From: Candidatus Binatia bacterium | GTDB taxonomy: Bacteria; Desulfobacterota; Binatia; HRBIN30 | Direction: 5' to 3' | Length of the DNA stretch: 62,393 nt | Assembly (NCBI GenBank): GCA_046757585.1 | Contig: JBHHYR010000002.1 | Span: forward strand, 1-62,393 | Part shown: one piece after another, positions 28,592-37,133 of the stretch | Position numbering within the stretch: the stretch's first letter is position 1 | Layout of the letters: every line of letters begins with the position of its first letter | Made by a program: the position numbers and the translations under genes | Notes under the pieces: generated by a model | Databases searched by the model: none | What the model was told of the DNA's origin: nothing | The model's input: only the letters and a program-made list of their open reading frames with translations

Positions 28592-29977
28592 TTAGGCGGC
28601 GTCGTCTCTAGGTGCGATTCCGAGCTTATCCATCTTGTACTTGAGGATGCGACGGGTGGTGCCAAGTAGCTCCGCGGCACGGGTCTGGTTGTTTTGCGCT
28701 TGGCTCAAAGCGCTGCGGATGAGCTCCTGCTCGAACTGATCCACCGCTTCGCTGAGGCGTGTCTCGCCGCGGAGGACGCTCTGCTGAACGGGGTGCGCTC
28801 GGCCATTCGTGGCAAGGTAATGGGGTAAGTCGTCTACCTTCATGATCGCCGTCGAGGACAGGACCATGGTTCGCTCGACCACGTTTTCTAGCTCGCGCAC
28901 GTTACCCGGCCAGGCATACTGCATGAGCAGGTCAAGGGCGTCGTTGGTGAAGGACTTTTCGGGGATGCCGAGCTCGCGGGACTTCGCCTGCAGGAAGTGG
29001 CGAATGAGGAGTCCGATATCTTCTCGACGCTCACGCAAGGGTGGAAGGTGAACGGAGACCACGTTGAGCCGGTAGAACAGGTCCGGACGAAAGCTGCCGT
29101 CGCGCATGCCCTCGTGCAGGTCACGATTGGTCGCCGCGATCACCCGTACATCCACCTTGATCGGCTGCGCGCCACCAATGCGGGTGAACTCTGCTTGCTC
29201 CAGCACCCGCAAGATCTTGGCCTGCGTACTGGGGTTCATCTCGCCAATTTCGTCGAGAAACAACGTGCTCTGATCGGCAAGCTCGAACTGGCCCAGCTTC
29301 TTCGCGTACGCATCCGTAAAGGCGCCGCGCTCGTGACCGAACAATTCACTCTCGAGCAGGTTGTCCGGAATGGCCGCACAGTTGATGGTTATCATCGGCT
29401 TAGGAGCGCGCGGGCTGTGATAGTGCAGGGCCTTGGCGATCAGCTCCTTGCCCGTCCCGCTCTCGCCGGTGATGAGCACGGTGGTCTTCAAAGGTGCAAC
29501 CATGGACACGGTCTTGAGAACCGCCTGCATCTTTGCGGAACCGCCCACGATGTTTTCGAAGTTATACCGGCGTCCCACCTCTGATCGTAGCGCCTCGACT
29601 TCCCGTGCCAGCGCCGCGGACTGAACGGCACGCTCCACAATCAAGAGCAATTCGTCCACGTCGAACGGCTTGGTGACGTAGTCGCATGCGCCCAGCTTCA
29701 TCGCCGTCACCGCGGTCTTTACCGTCTTCGTGGCGGTGAGCATAACGACCGGCAGGGCCAAGGCGCGCTGCTTGATCTGCTCGAGCGCCTCCAGGCCATC
29801 GAGCCCGGGCATCAGAATGTCCAGGAGCACGACATCCAGCGGCTCGGCGTCAATGATCCGTAGGGCCTCATCGCCGGTGCCCGCGCATAGGACCTCGTAA
29901 CGATCCTTGAGCACCATCCGCAGGGACTGGCGAACCCCAGGCTCGTCATCAACAACTAAGACTCGTCGCTTTTCCAT
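28592..29977 (-). CDS. sigma-54-dependent response regulator (NtrC family: REC, AAA+, Fis-type HTH)
   Basis: REC domain (VLVVDDEPG...LLDILMPGLDG), Walker A GESGTGKE, Walker B TLFLDEIGE, HTH NQTRAAELLGTTRRILKYKM. The sigma-54 contact loop reads GAFTDA, not GAFTGA. Start chosen at ATG 29977. Confidence 0.9.
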   Translation of the reverse strand: MEKRRVLVVDDEPGVRQSLRMVLKDRYEVLCAGTGDEALRIIDAEPLDVVLLDILMPGLDGLEALEQIKQRALALPVVMLTATKTVKTAVTAMKLGACDYVTKPFDVDELLLIVERAVQSAALAREVEALRSEVGRRYNFENIVGGSAKMQAVLKTVSMVAPLKTTVLITGESGTGKELIAKALHYHSPRAPKPMITINCAAIPDNLLESELFGHERGAFTDAYAKKLGQFELADQSTLFLDEIGEMNPSTQAKILRVLEQAEFTRIGGAQPIKVDVRVIAATNRDLHEGMRDGSFRPDLFYRLNVVSVHLPPLRERREDIGLLIRHFLQAKSRELGIPEKSFTNDALDLLMQYAWPGNVRELENVVERTMVLSSTAIMKVDDLPHYLATNGRAHPVQQSVLRGETRLSEAVDQFEQELIRSALSQAQNNQTRAAELLGTTRRILKYKMDKLGIAPRDDAA

Positions 29978-31736
29978 TTCCAGTTTCAAGCTCTTCCCGA
30001 CTTGGCAACCAGACGGTGATGGATGCGGGTTCGGCGGCCGATTCAATTTCGATGCGCCCTCCGTTGCGTTCGATCAACGTCTTGGCGAACACCAGACCCA
30101 GCGGCAGAACCGCATCCTTACTGGCGTCCACCCCGTCAAGCAGATTCGCGAGCTTAGCGGTGACTGGATGCTGGCCGCCCGCATACTCGAAGGTGAGCGC
30201 CGTCCCGGTCTTCGCGGGATGGATGGCGAGGGTTTGTCCTTCCTGCAGATCTCGGCTGATGACACGCACCAGGTTTGCGAAGGCATAGACAATCTGGGCG
30301 GCGTCGACAAAGACTGGCAGCGGATCGGGCGGGCGATAATCAAGTGTTACACGCCGTCCGCTCAGCTCCGGAGCCAGATCACTCAGCGCGGGTGCCAGCA
30401 GAGCGTTGAAGGGGACATCGCGCAAGGCCGGGGTCCGAAAGCGGGTGAACTGCAACAGGTTTTCCAGCGCGCGATCCATGCGCTCCACCGCCTCGCCGGT
30501 CAGGCGCGCCACTGCCTCGCGACCCTCCCGGTCACCGAGCAGCCTTTCCAGGTGCTGGGTGACAGTCTTGATCGTGACCATGGGATTCTTGAACTCGTGG
30601 GCGAGCTCGTTGACGATCAAGTCGACCGTCCCGTCAGGCGCTCGTTCCCTCACTGGTGCTCGACTGGGATGGCGGGTGACTGTCTCTTCGGAGGGAACGA
30701 TCCGGCCGTAGCCGAAGAGAAGGTCATCAGCGTCGATGGTGCGGCTCTGCTTGAGCGCGATAGTGCGCGTGAGCACTGCCTCCAGCTCAGCCAGGTTGCC
30801 GAACCAGAGATAGTGGGTGAGTCGCTCGGTCGCACGTTCCGTGAACGTGACCGGATCCGCTGACAGGAGGCGCGTCAGATCGGCGGCGATCCGGTTCGCA
30901 ATCGCCGGGATGTCCTGCGGTCGCTCGCGCAACGGTGGCAGCGTGATGGGCAGGACGCCCAGCCGGTAGAAGAGATCCTTCGCGAGGCTTTGTGACCGGG
31001 CGAGATCCTGTAGGCTTTGCGAGGTACTGCACATCAAGCGGACCGCGTGCCACCCCTTATCGGAACCGAAACCCCCGCAGTCGAGTAGCTCCAGCAGCAG
31101 CAGCTGTCCCTCTGGATTCACGCGGCCGACATCTTGCACGAAGAGGGTCAGGTCCCCCGCGTCGAGCGCGCCCGCTTGCTGCAGCGCCGCACGAGTGCAG
31201 CTGGCGGGGGAGAGCGTGACAAAGCGGCCAGCCGAGCATGCCGTATGGATCGCTCGCGCCAGTCGTGCCTTGCCGGTTCCCGGCTCCCCGCAGATGAGAA
31301 CTGGCAGCGCCGTGCCGGTGGCCCGGCGCACCAGGGCCGCCGCTTCCCTCGGCAACACCGGCCCCTCCAGGATCGACCAGAAACCAAACGCCGGCTGCGC
31401 TTGCACACTGGCCAGCAGAGCCTGCACGCTCGACCGCAGTTTCTCGGGCTCGAACCAGCGCGGGAGAGTTGCGGAACGATTCGCTAGGCTGCGCTGCGGC
31501 CGACCTTCACTTTGCAGCCACAGGACCGGGCGCGCAGCTGGGAGCAACGCTGCCACCCCAGCGGGTAGAGCGTCATCCCCGACGATGAACAAATCCGCGT
31601 CGCTCAATTCAGGCGGCTGGCGCAGGCATTCCTGGGGAGTGAAGCCGTGTACCCGGTACTCGGAACCCAGAACGATCGCGATCGTCTCGCGAATAGCGGG
31701 GGAGCTATCGATGACGCATACGCGCACGCAATCCAC
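29949..31736 (-). CDS. hybrid signalling protein: receiver-like N-terminus, degenerate sigma-54-type AAA+ domain (no GAFTGA, no HTH), then HisKA and HATPase_c-like kinase core
   Basis: GTG start with AAGGAGG 8 nt upstream. Walker A GEPGTGKARLARAIH. The stretch DLFYRLGVLPITLPPLRERPQDIP is typical of enhancer-binding proteins. H-box ELAHEFKNPMVTIK. G2-like LGLVFAKTLIERNGGRIEIES. Confidence 0.8.
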   Translation of the reverse strand: MDCVRVCVIDSSPAIRETIAIVLGSEYRVHGFTPQECLRQPPELSDADLFIVGDDALPAGVAALLPAARPVLWLQSEGRPQRSLANRSATLPRWFEPEKLRSSVQALLASVQAQPAFGFWSILEGPVLPREAAALVRRATGTALPVLICGEPGTGKARLARAIHTACSAGRFVTLSPASCTRAALQQAGALDAGDLTLFVQDVGRVNPEGQLLLLELLDCGGFGSDKGWHAVRLMCSTSQSLQDLARSQSLAKDLFYRLGVLPITLPPLRERPQDIPAIANRIAADLTRLLSADPVTFTERATERLTHYLWFGNLAELEAVLTRTIALKQSRTIDADDLLFGYGRIVPSEETVTRHPSRAPVRERAPDGTVDLIVNELAHEFKNPMVTIKTVTQHLERLLGDREGREAVARLTGEAVERMDRALENLLQFTRFRTPALRDVPFNALLAPALSDLAPELSGRRVTLDYRPPDPLPVFVDAAQIVYAFANLVRVISRDLQEGQTLAIHPAKTGTALTFEYAGGQHPVTAKLANLLDGVDASKDAVLPLGLVFAKTLIERNGGRIEIESAAEPASITVWLPSREELETGNGKATSLSC

Positions 31737-32013
31737 TCAACGGCCTCCTTCCCCTCGCTTCGCGTCAAGCCCCAAAAGACACCCAACGCTACACGCTTTT
31801 TGCCCGGAAAGTCAATCCGGAGCCGGAACTGGTCCCAGCCGCAGAATTCTCTTGAAAAAGTTTAACCGGGCGTGGTAACGATCGATAAGGTTGGGTTGCA
31901 TTGTATTTGGGCGCTTTTACGGCGAGGCGGCCGGGGGCGCTCGTGCGAGTGAGGAAAACACGTTTGTGGTGATGCCGCTAGCGGTCGATACGTTGGCCCG
32001 GACGAGGTAGCCG

Positions 32014-32697
32014 GTGGAAAGTGCACGGCGGGGCGGTCCGCTACGCGCAGACCACGGCCCCTCGCAACGACCGGAAGCGTCGCCAGACGACGCGCAGATA
32101 GTGCTTGTCCGCCCTCAGGTGGTTGAGGACGTCGGCCACGTCTTGGGCAATTTATTCCAGAGAATCTATCATCTCATCGGTTTGACCAGTGCGACCGATG
32201 CTGCCGTTGCGGCGCAGCTCCAGTGTAGTACCCAACACCTCGAAGAATTCCTCCAGCTGGCTGTCGACTACTTCGCGCCACTGTCGCTGAAGTTGGAGTA
32301 TCTGTCGGGCATGGAGATTGCGCAGGGTCTCGCGCGGCAAATGAGCGATGCCCTCGGATCCTCGGTCATGATCGGCGCCAAGCTCCCGGACGGTGGACGA
32401 TTGCTTGTCGACCCCGGCCGGCTGGCGCACGCTTTCACGCTGTTGGCGTTGCAGCTACATGCAGACGACGGATGCAAGGGTGGCATCGAGGCGAAGGTGC
32501 TGCAGAAGCCGGCGGGCCGCTCCATGGTGCTGCGCGCGTCGATCCCATCGCGGTGTGTGTCGACGCCGTCGTCGGAAGCTGAGGTTCAATGGGCCGTGGC
32601 GGAAAAACTCCTAGAAATTCAGGGGGGTAGTCTGCAGCAGAAGACGGTATCGTCAGGAGAGGTCCTGTGGGAGATTCTGCTTCCCTTTCAGCCATGA
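32014..32697 (+). CDS. stand-alone cytoplasmic histidine-kinase-core-like protein with degenerate ATP-lid motifs
   Basis: H-box-like VVEDVGHVLGNLFQRIYHL. N-box position reads LAHAFTLLALQL, with no Asn. No DxGxG. C-terminal ...EKLLEIQGGSL.... The stop overlaps the next start (ATGA). The start codon is uncertain. Confidence 0.5.
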   Translation: MESARRGGPLRADHGPSQRPEASPDDAQIVLVRPQVVEDVGHVLGNLFQRIYHLIGLTSATDAAVAAQLQCSTQHLEEFLQLAVDYFAPLSLKLEYLSGMEIAQGLARQMSDALGSSVMIGAKLPDGGRLLVDPGRLAHAFTLLALQLHADDGCKGGIEAKVLQKPAGRSMVLRASIPSRCVSTPSSEAEVQWAVAEKLLEIQGGSLQQKTVSSGEVLWEILLPFQP

Positions 32698-34121
32698 CGC
32701 CGCCATTGCTGGCGATGGTGACCCGTATCTTGATCGTCGATGACGATCCGTTGATCCGGCGGCAACTTGAGGGCCTGTACAGCAGCCAGGCGTACGTGGT
32801 GGACTGCGCTGCCGACGTGCAGGAGGCGATCGAAAAGTTGGATACGGCGGACTTTTCGCTCGCAGTGGTTGATCTCAAGATGCCCGGCAAGGACGGCATC
32901 ACTTTGACGGGCGAAATCCGGCAGCGCTGGCCGACGGTGGACGTCATCATGATCACCGGCTACGGCAGCATTAAGGGGGCTGTCGAGGCGATGCGGCAGG
33001 GGGCGTGCGATTACATCACGAAGCCGTTTGAACCCGACGACATTCTGTTGGCGACCCAGAAGGTGCTCGAACGACGGCGTCTCCTCGATGAAATCGATTA
33101 CCTGCGCAAGCAGCTATCTGACCGGTACACCTTTGCCAAGATGGTCAGCCGGGATCCGGGAATGCTCGAGCTGTTTTCCACGATCGAGATGCTCGCGCAG
33201 AGTGACGTGACGGTGGTGATTAGCGGAGAGTCGGGGACAGGCAAGGAATTGGTGGCACGCGCCATTCATTTCCAAGGCAAACGTAAGGCCGGGCGCTTCG
33301 TGGCCATCAACTGCGCTGCGGTACCGGAAACGCTCCTGGAGAGCGAACTGTTCGGTTACGAGCGGGGTGCTTTCACGGGCGCGACGCAGGAGCGGGTCGG
33401 AAAGATCGAATCCGCGAATGGTGGCACTCTCTTCTTGGACGAGGTCGAAAGCATTCCGGTGGCGATGCAAGCGAAGCTACTGCGGGTGTTGGAGGAACGC
33501 GCCATCGAACGGCTCGGGAGCAATCGGCGCATCGGTGTGGATATGCGCGTGGTCGCGGCCACCAACCAGGATCTCGCCCAAGCCGTGTCGAACGGACGTA
33601 TGCGCGAAGATTTCTACTACCGGATCAACGTGGTGCCGGTCCAACTCCCCCCCTTGCGCGAGCGGATCACCGACGTACCGTTGCTGGTGGCCGATTTCTT
33701 GCGGAGTCATGAAATGGCACGTGAAAAGGGCATCAATCGCGTTTCGGAAGAAGCCTTGTCGCGGCTCATGGGATACAGCTGGCCCGGCAACATCCGCGAG
33801 TTGCTCAACGTCTTGGAACGGGCGGTCTTGCGAGCCAAGGGTGGTACCATTCGCGAGGTGGAGGTCCCAGGCGGACAGTCGCGCATTCCATCTGAACGAA
33901 CCGACCGCGATTTTCGTGTGTCGTTGCGGCAGTTCTTGAAGGCTGCGGAGCGGCAATATATTGCCCGCGTGCTGGAGCATTATCGGGGAAGCATCGCGCC
34001 GGCGGCTCGGCATGCTGTGATCGACCAAGCGACCCTGCACCGCAAGATCCGCTTGCACAGATTGCGTGCAAGTGAGTTCCGTCGGAACGGGCGGGGCGCC
34101 CGCAGCAAGGTGACGGAATGA
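32694..34121 (+). CDS. sigma-54-dependent response regulator (NtrC family) with canonical GAFTGA
   Basis: REC domain (ILIVDDDPL...VVDLKMPGKDG), GESGTGKE, ESELFGYERGAFTGA, TLFLDEVES, and a C-terminal HTH. Start at 32694 overlaps the upstream stop. Confidence 0.9.
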   Translation: MTPPLLAMVTRILIVDDDPLIRRQLEGLYSSQAYVVDCAADVQEAIEKLDTADFSLAVVDLKMPGKDGITLTGEIRQRWPTVDVIMITGYGSIKGAVEAMRQGACDYITKPFEPDDILLATQKVLERRRLLDEIDYLRKQLSDRYTFAKMVSRDPGMLELFSTIEMLAQSDVTVVISGESGTGKELVARAIHFQGKRKAGRFVAINCAAVPETLLESELFGYERGAFTGATQERVGKIESANGGTLFLDEVESIPVAMQAKLLRVLEERAIERLGSNRRIGVDMRVVAATNQDLAQAVSNGRMREDFYYRINVVPVQLPPLRERITDVPLLVADFLRSHEMAREKGINRVSEEALSRLMGYSWPGNIRELLNVLERAVLRAKGGTIREVEVPGGQSRIPSERTDRDFRVSLRQFLKAAERQYIARVLEHYRGSIAPAARHAVIDQATLHRKIRLHRLRASEFRRNGRGARSKVTE

Positions 34122-34238
34122 GCCGAAAGACGGTCACGCCTTGCGCCGTTGCAAGCTCATGTTGCCAGTCACCGCTACATCTGGCGGCGGTGCGAGGGTC
34201 CGGCGGTCGTCGTTCAGCGTTTGTTGCCCCTGCGAGTG

Positions 34239-34254
34239 TGGCACGGCTGTTGCG
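34239..34254 (+). promoter_or_regulatory. sigma-54 (-24/-12) promoter, TGGCACGGCTGTTGCG
   Basis: Matches TGGCACG-N4-TTGC at every specified position with correct GG/GC spacing. It lies 117 nt downstream of the sigma-54 activator gene and 21 nt upstream of the first EPS-locus start codon (34275). Confidence 0.6.
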
Positions 34255-34274
34255 CTGAGGGAATACGGTGTTTC

Positions 34275-36383
34275 ATGTATTGTGAGTTCTACCAGCTGAC
34301 GGAACCGCCGTTCAATGTCACCCCGGACCCCAAGTTCCTTTACCTGAACGCTCGGTATCGGGAGGCGATCGCTTCGCTCAATTACGGGATCACGCAGCGC
34401 AAGGGTTTCATCACCCTGATTGGGGAAGCCGGAACCGGCAAGACGACTCTGCTGAACAAGTTGCTCGAGGAGCTGGATCCCAAGACCAAGTCGGTCTTCA
34501 TCTTCAACACGAACGTGAATTTCGAGGAAATCCTCGAGTACATGTTCGCGGAGTTCGCGCTGCCCATTCACAATGGCAAGAAGCTCTACATGCTGCAGCG
34601 GTTGAATAGTTTCTTACTGGAAGAGTTGCGCGGCGGTGGCAACGTCGCGCTGTTGATCGATGAGTCTCAAGATCTCGAGTTCTCAGTGCTCGAGGACCTG
34701 CGGTTGCTTTCCAACCTGGAAACCGCGAAGGAAAAAATCCTGCAGATCGTCTTGTCCGGGCAACCGGAGCTAGGGCAGAAGTTGAGCAACCCGATTCTGC
34801 GGCAGCTCCGGCAGCGGATCGGAATCAACTGTCGCCTGCTGCCGCTGTCACGTGATGAAATTTCAGAATACATTCAGTACCGGCTGCAAGCAGCTGGGTG
34901 TCCCGATCTCAAGCTCTTCTCGCGGGACGCGGAAGAGCAGATCTATCGCTTCTCGCGGGGTGTTCCTCGTCTGGTCAACGTGGTGTGTGACAACGCAATG
35001 GTGATCGGTTACGCACTCGGTAAGAAACGCATCGGTGGAGACGTGATTACCGAGGCGGCGGCCGATCTTTTGTCGGTGGAACCGCCACAGCAAGCGCCGG
35101 GCGAAGGTGCCGTCGAGGTGGCTGCGCTGCCGCCCCCGCTGGAGCCGAAGAGGCGCTGGCGGGCGCGTTTTGGCGTCGTGAGCCTCGTTGTAGCTGCCAC
35201 CCTGGTGGGGCTGCTGTCCGTTGGCAGAACGGTCTTGCACCGGCGGGGTGACAACGACAACAACGTCACGCCGACTTTGGAACGCCCGCATCTCGAGGTG
35301 ATCCGGCCGGGTGCGGAACCAGAGAGCGTGGGGGTGGAAGTCCCTCTGGCGCGCGAGCACAGAGCCGCAGCCGGTGCCGCTGCACCGGCCCGTCGACCGG
35401 TCACCAACCTCGCTGCGGCAGCCGGTGGAAAACGCGCAGCAGGCGAAGCGGTTGCCATGCGCCCGCTGACTGTTCCGGCGCAGGGAGCACTGGCGTCGAA
35501 ACCATCGGCTCATCAACAGGCGGCTGCGCCGCAGGCTCTACCAAATCCGCAGCTTGGGCGGCCTGCGAGGCGGGAAGCAGCGCCTCCACCCGTGCCTGCT
35601 CTGGCACCGCAGGTGCCCGCGTCGCACGAGGTGCGCCCACCCGGCGGTGGGGGGGCGCCCGTCGAGGGAAGCGTGCGGGTGGTGCGGGGTGCGGAGCGGC
35701 CGCCTGCGCCGCCTCCCGTGGCTCTGCCGAAGGTGTCCGAGGCCACGCAACCGATGCCGGGACTGGCTCCGCTGGCCAAGAAGGATGAAGAGGTGAACCC
35801 GCCGGTGGCTGAGCAGCCCGTGCCACAGCTCGCCCGGGCCGGCCAGCACACGACACACATCCCCCCCGCTCGCAAACCACCGCGGAAAGCGGAAACGACG
35901 CAGGCAACCGGCGGGGAGCGGCTGCCGCGCATCGACGGCGTGAAGTTTTCGCGGATCGTTGTGCAAAGCGGAGACTCGATGTCTGCAATCGCGTTCCGCA
36001 AGTACGGCCAGGCAAGCTACACAATCCTCGACCTTCTGAAGCTCGCCAATCCGGACCTGGAAGATATCGATCTGATTGCCGTGGGTCAGAGGATCCGTTT
36101 GCCGGAATTGGGCGACAGCTTTCCCATTCTCGATCACGGCTCTGGCCACTACGCGCTCCTGGTGTTTTCGACGCCGCTCAGGCGCCGTGCGGCGCGGCTC
36201 CAGCAGGCGCTGCAGAGCCGGGGGTTCGACGCGCATGTCTCCGCGGGCAGCGTGGGCAGCAACAAGCCTATGTTTCGGGTCGTGCTTTCCGGTTTCACCG
36301 ACCGGGGGGCTGTGGTGAAGGCCGGAAAGCGGCTGCAGAAGTTGTTCCGCCAGGAGACGCGATTCGCGCAGTTGGGCGGCTAG
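34275..36383 (+). CDS. ExeA-like AAA ATPase with TM helix, Pro/Ala-rich linker, LysM-like and SPOR-like peptidoglycan-binding domains
   Basis: N-terminus MYCEFYQLTEPPFNVTPDPKFLYLN and Walker A GEAGTGKTTLL are typical of ExeA/GspA-type ATPases. TM segment FGVVSLVVAATLVGLLSVG. C-terminal parts: VQSGDSMSAIAFRKYG...IAVGQRIRLP, then HYALLVFSTPLRRRAARLQQAL...FRVVLSGF. ORF track start 34149 was moved to ATG 34275. Confidence 0.8.
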   Translation: MYCEFYQLTEPPFNVTPDPKFLYLNARYREAIASLNYGITQRKGFITLIGEAGTGKTTLLNKLLEELDPKTKSVFIFNTNVNFEEILEYMFAEFALPIHNGKKLYMLQRLNSFLLEELRGGGNVALLIDESQDLEFSVLEDLRLLSNLETAKEKILQIVLSGQPELGQKLSNPILRQLRQRIGINCRLLPLSRDEISEYIQYRLQAAGCPDLKLFSRDAEEQIYRFSRGVPRLVNVVCDNAMVIGYALGKKRIGGDVITEAAADLLSVEPPQQAPGEGAVEVAALPPPLEPKRRWRARFGVVSLVVAATLVGLLSVGRTVLHRRGDNDNNVTPTLERPHLEVIRPGAEPESVGVEVPLAREHRAAAGAAAPARRPVTNLAAAAGGKRAAGEAVAMRPLTVPAQGALASKPSAHQQAAAPQALPNPQLGRPARREAAPPPVPALAPQVPASHEVRPPGGGGAPVEGSVRVVRGAERPPAPPPVALPKVSEATQPMPGLAPLAKKDEEVNPPVAEQPVPQLARAGQHTTHIPPARKPPRKAETTQATGGERLPRIDGVKFSRIVVQSGDSMSAIAFRKYGQASYTILDLLKLANPDLEDIDLIAVGQRIRLPELGDSFPILDHGSGHYALLVFSTPLRRRAARLQQALQSRGFDAHVSAGSVGSNKPMFRVVLSGFTDRGAVVKAGKRLQKLFRQETRFAQLGG

Positions 36384-36392
36384 TGTGGGCTG

Positions 36393-36899
36393 ATGGCGGG
36401 ACAGAGATCCGAGTGGTTCGTGATCAGTACCAAGGCGCGCCGGGAGGAGTTTGCGCGCCAGCAGCTCGGGCGCCGGGGTGTCGAGACGTTTCTGCCGCGG
36501 ATCATGGAGCCTGGACGGTTGCGGGAAAAGCCGGAGATTGCCCCGCTGTTTCCCGGTTACGTCTTCGTCCATATTGCCCTTGACCAGCAGTACTTCGACG
36601 TCGTGTGGACCCCTGGAGTGCGAAAGTTCGTCGGCTTCGGTCCCCGACCCTCCGCTGTCGATGACGGAGTTGTCGACTTTCTCTGTGCGAGGGTCGGTCC
36701 GGAAGGAATCCTGCGCGCCATGCCTGTTTTCAAGCCGGGTGACATGGTGCGCATCAAGCTTGGCTCGTTTCAGGGCCTCGTTGGAATCATTGAGAACCCC
36801 GGCTCCGGTAAGGGGCGGGTGCGGGTGTTGATGGAGTTGTTGCGGCGCCAGACACGTGTCGAGGTGCCGCAACAGATTATAGAACGCGTGTCGGCATAG
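36393..36899 (+). CDS. NusG-family paralog (RfaH/UpxY-like specialised antiterminator)
   Basis: NGN-like N-terminus (WFVISTKARREEFARQQLGRRGVETFLPRI) and a KOW motif (FKPGDMVRIKLGSFQGLVGIIE). 168 aa, shorter than housekeeping NusG. Confidence 0.8.
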   Translation: MAGQRSEWFVISTKARREEFARQQLGRRGVETFLPRIMEPGRLREKPEIAPLFPGYVFVHIALDQQYFDVVWTPGVRKFVGFGPRPSAVDDGVVDFLCARVGPEGILRAMPVFKPGDMVRIKLGSFQGLVGIIENPGSGKGRVRVLMELLRRQTRVEVPQQIIERVSA

Positions 36900-37119
36900 T
36901 GCCGAGACGCTGGGGAGCAGGCCGTACGTCGGTCGCTCTTGGCAAGGCGCGCTGACTTGCAGATGTGGGTGATAACCGGGCGTCGCTCCGCGGGCGGAGC
37001 TATGCCCACGCGATGCAGGGCTCTCCCGTTGGAGGGGACGCCGTTGAAAAACAGGAGTGGTGGCAAACCGACGCGCCTGTCTGGTTTGCTCCCGCGGCCG
37101 TCGTGTGGCGTTCCCGGAT

Positions 37120-37133
37120 GGCGGAAGCGATTG
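37120..37133 (+). promoter_or_regulatory. ops-like sequence GGCGGAAGCGATTG in the 307-nt leader
   Basis: 9 of the first 10 positions are identical to the E. coli ops core GGCGGTAGCG. It lies 74 nt upstream of the exporter start codon. A chance match in GC-rich DNA is not excluded. Confidence 0.2.

Noticed and set aside
35602-35617. Second sigma-54-like string, TGGCACCGCAGGTGCC
   Set aside because: It lies deep inside the ExeA-like coding region in a Pro/Ala-rich GC-biased stretch. The -12 element is GTGC rather than TTGC, and no gene start follows. Other TGGCAC hits (e.g. near 33250, 33710, 42100) lack a correctly spaced GC.
35538-36872. 444-aa minus-strand ORF antisense to the ExeA-like and NusG-like genes. 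Similar long antisense ORFs occur at 39228..40496, 51320..52762, 47416..48348, 38353..39279, 37486..38268, 54633..55487 and 217..1011.
   Set aside because: All are Arg/Pro/His-rich low-complexity translations lying opposite well-supported genes with clear family motifs. They are high-GC antisense shadow ORFs, not genes.
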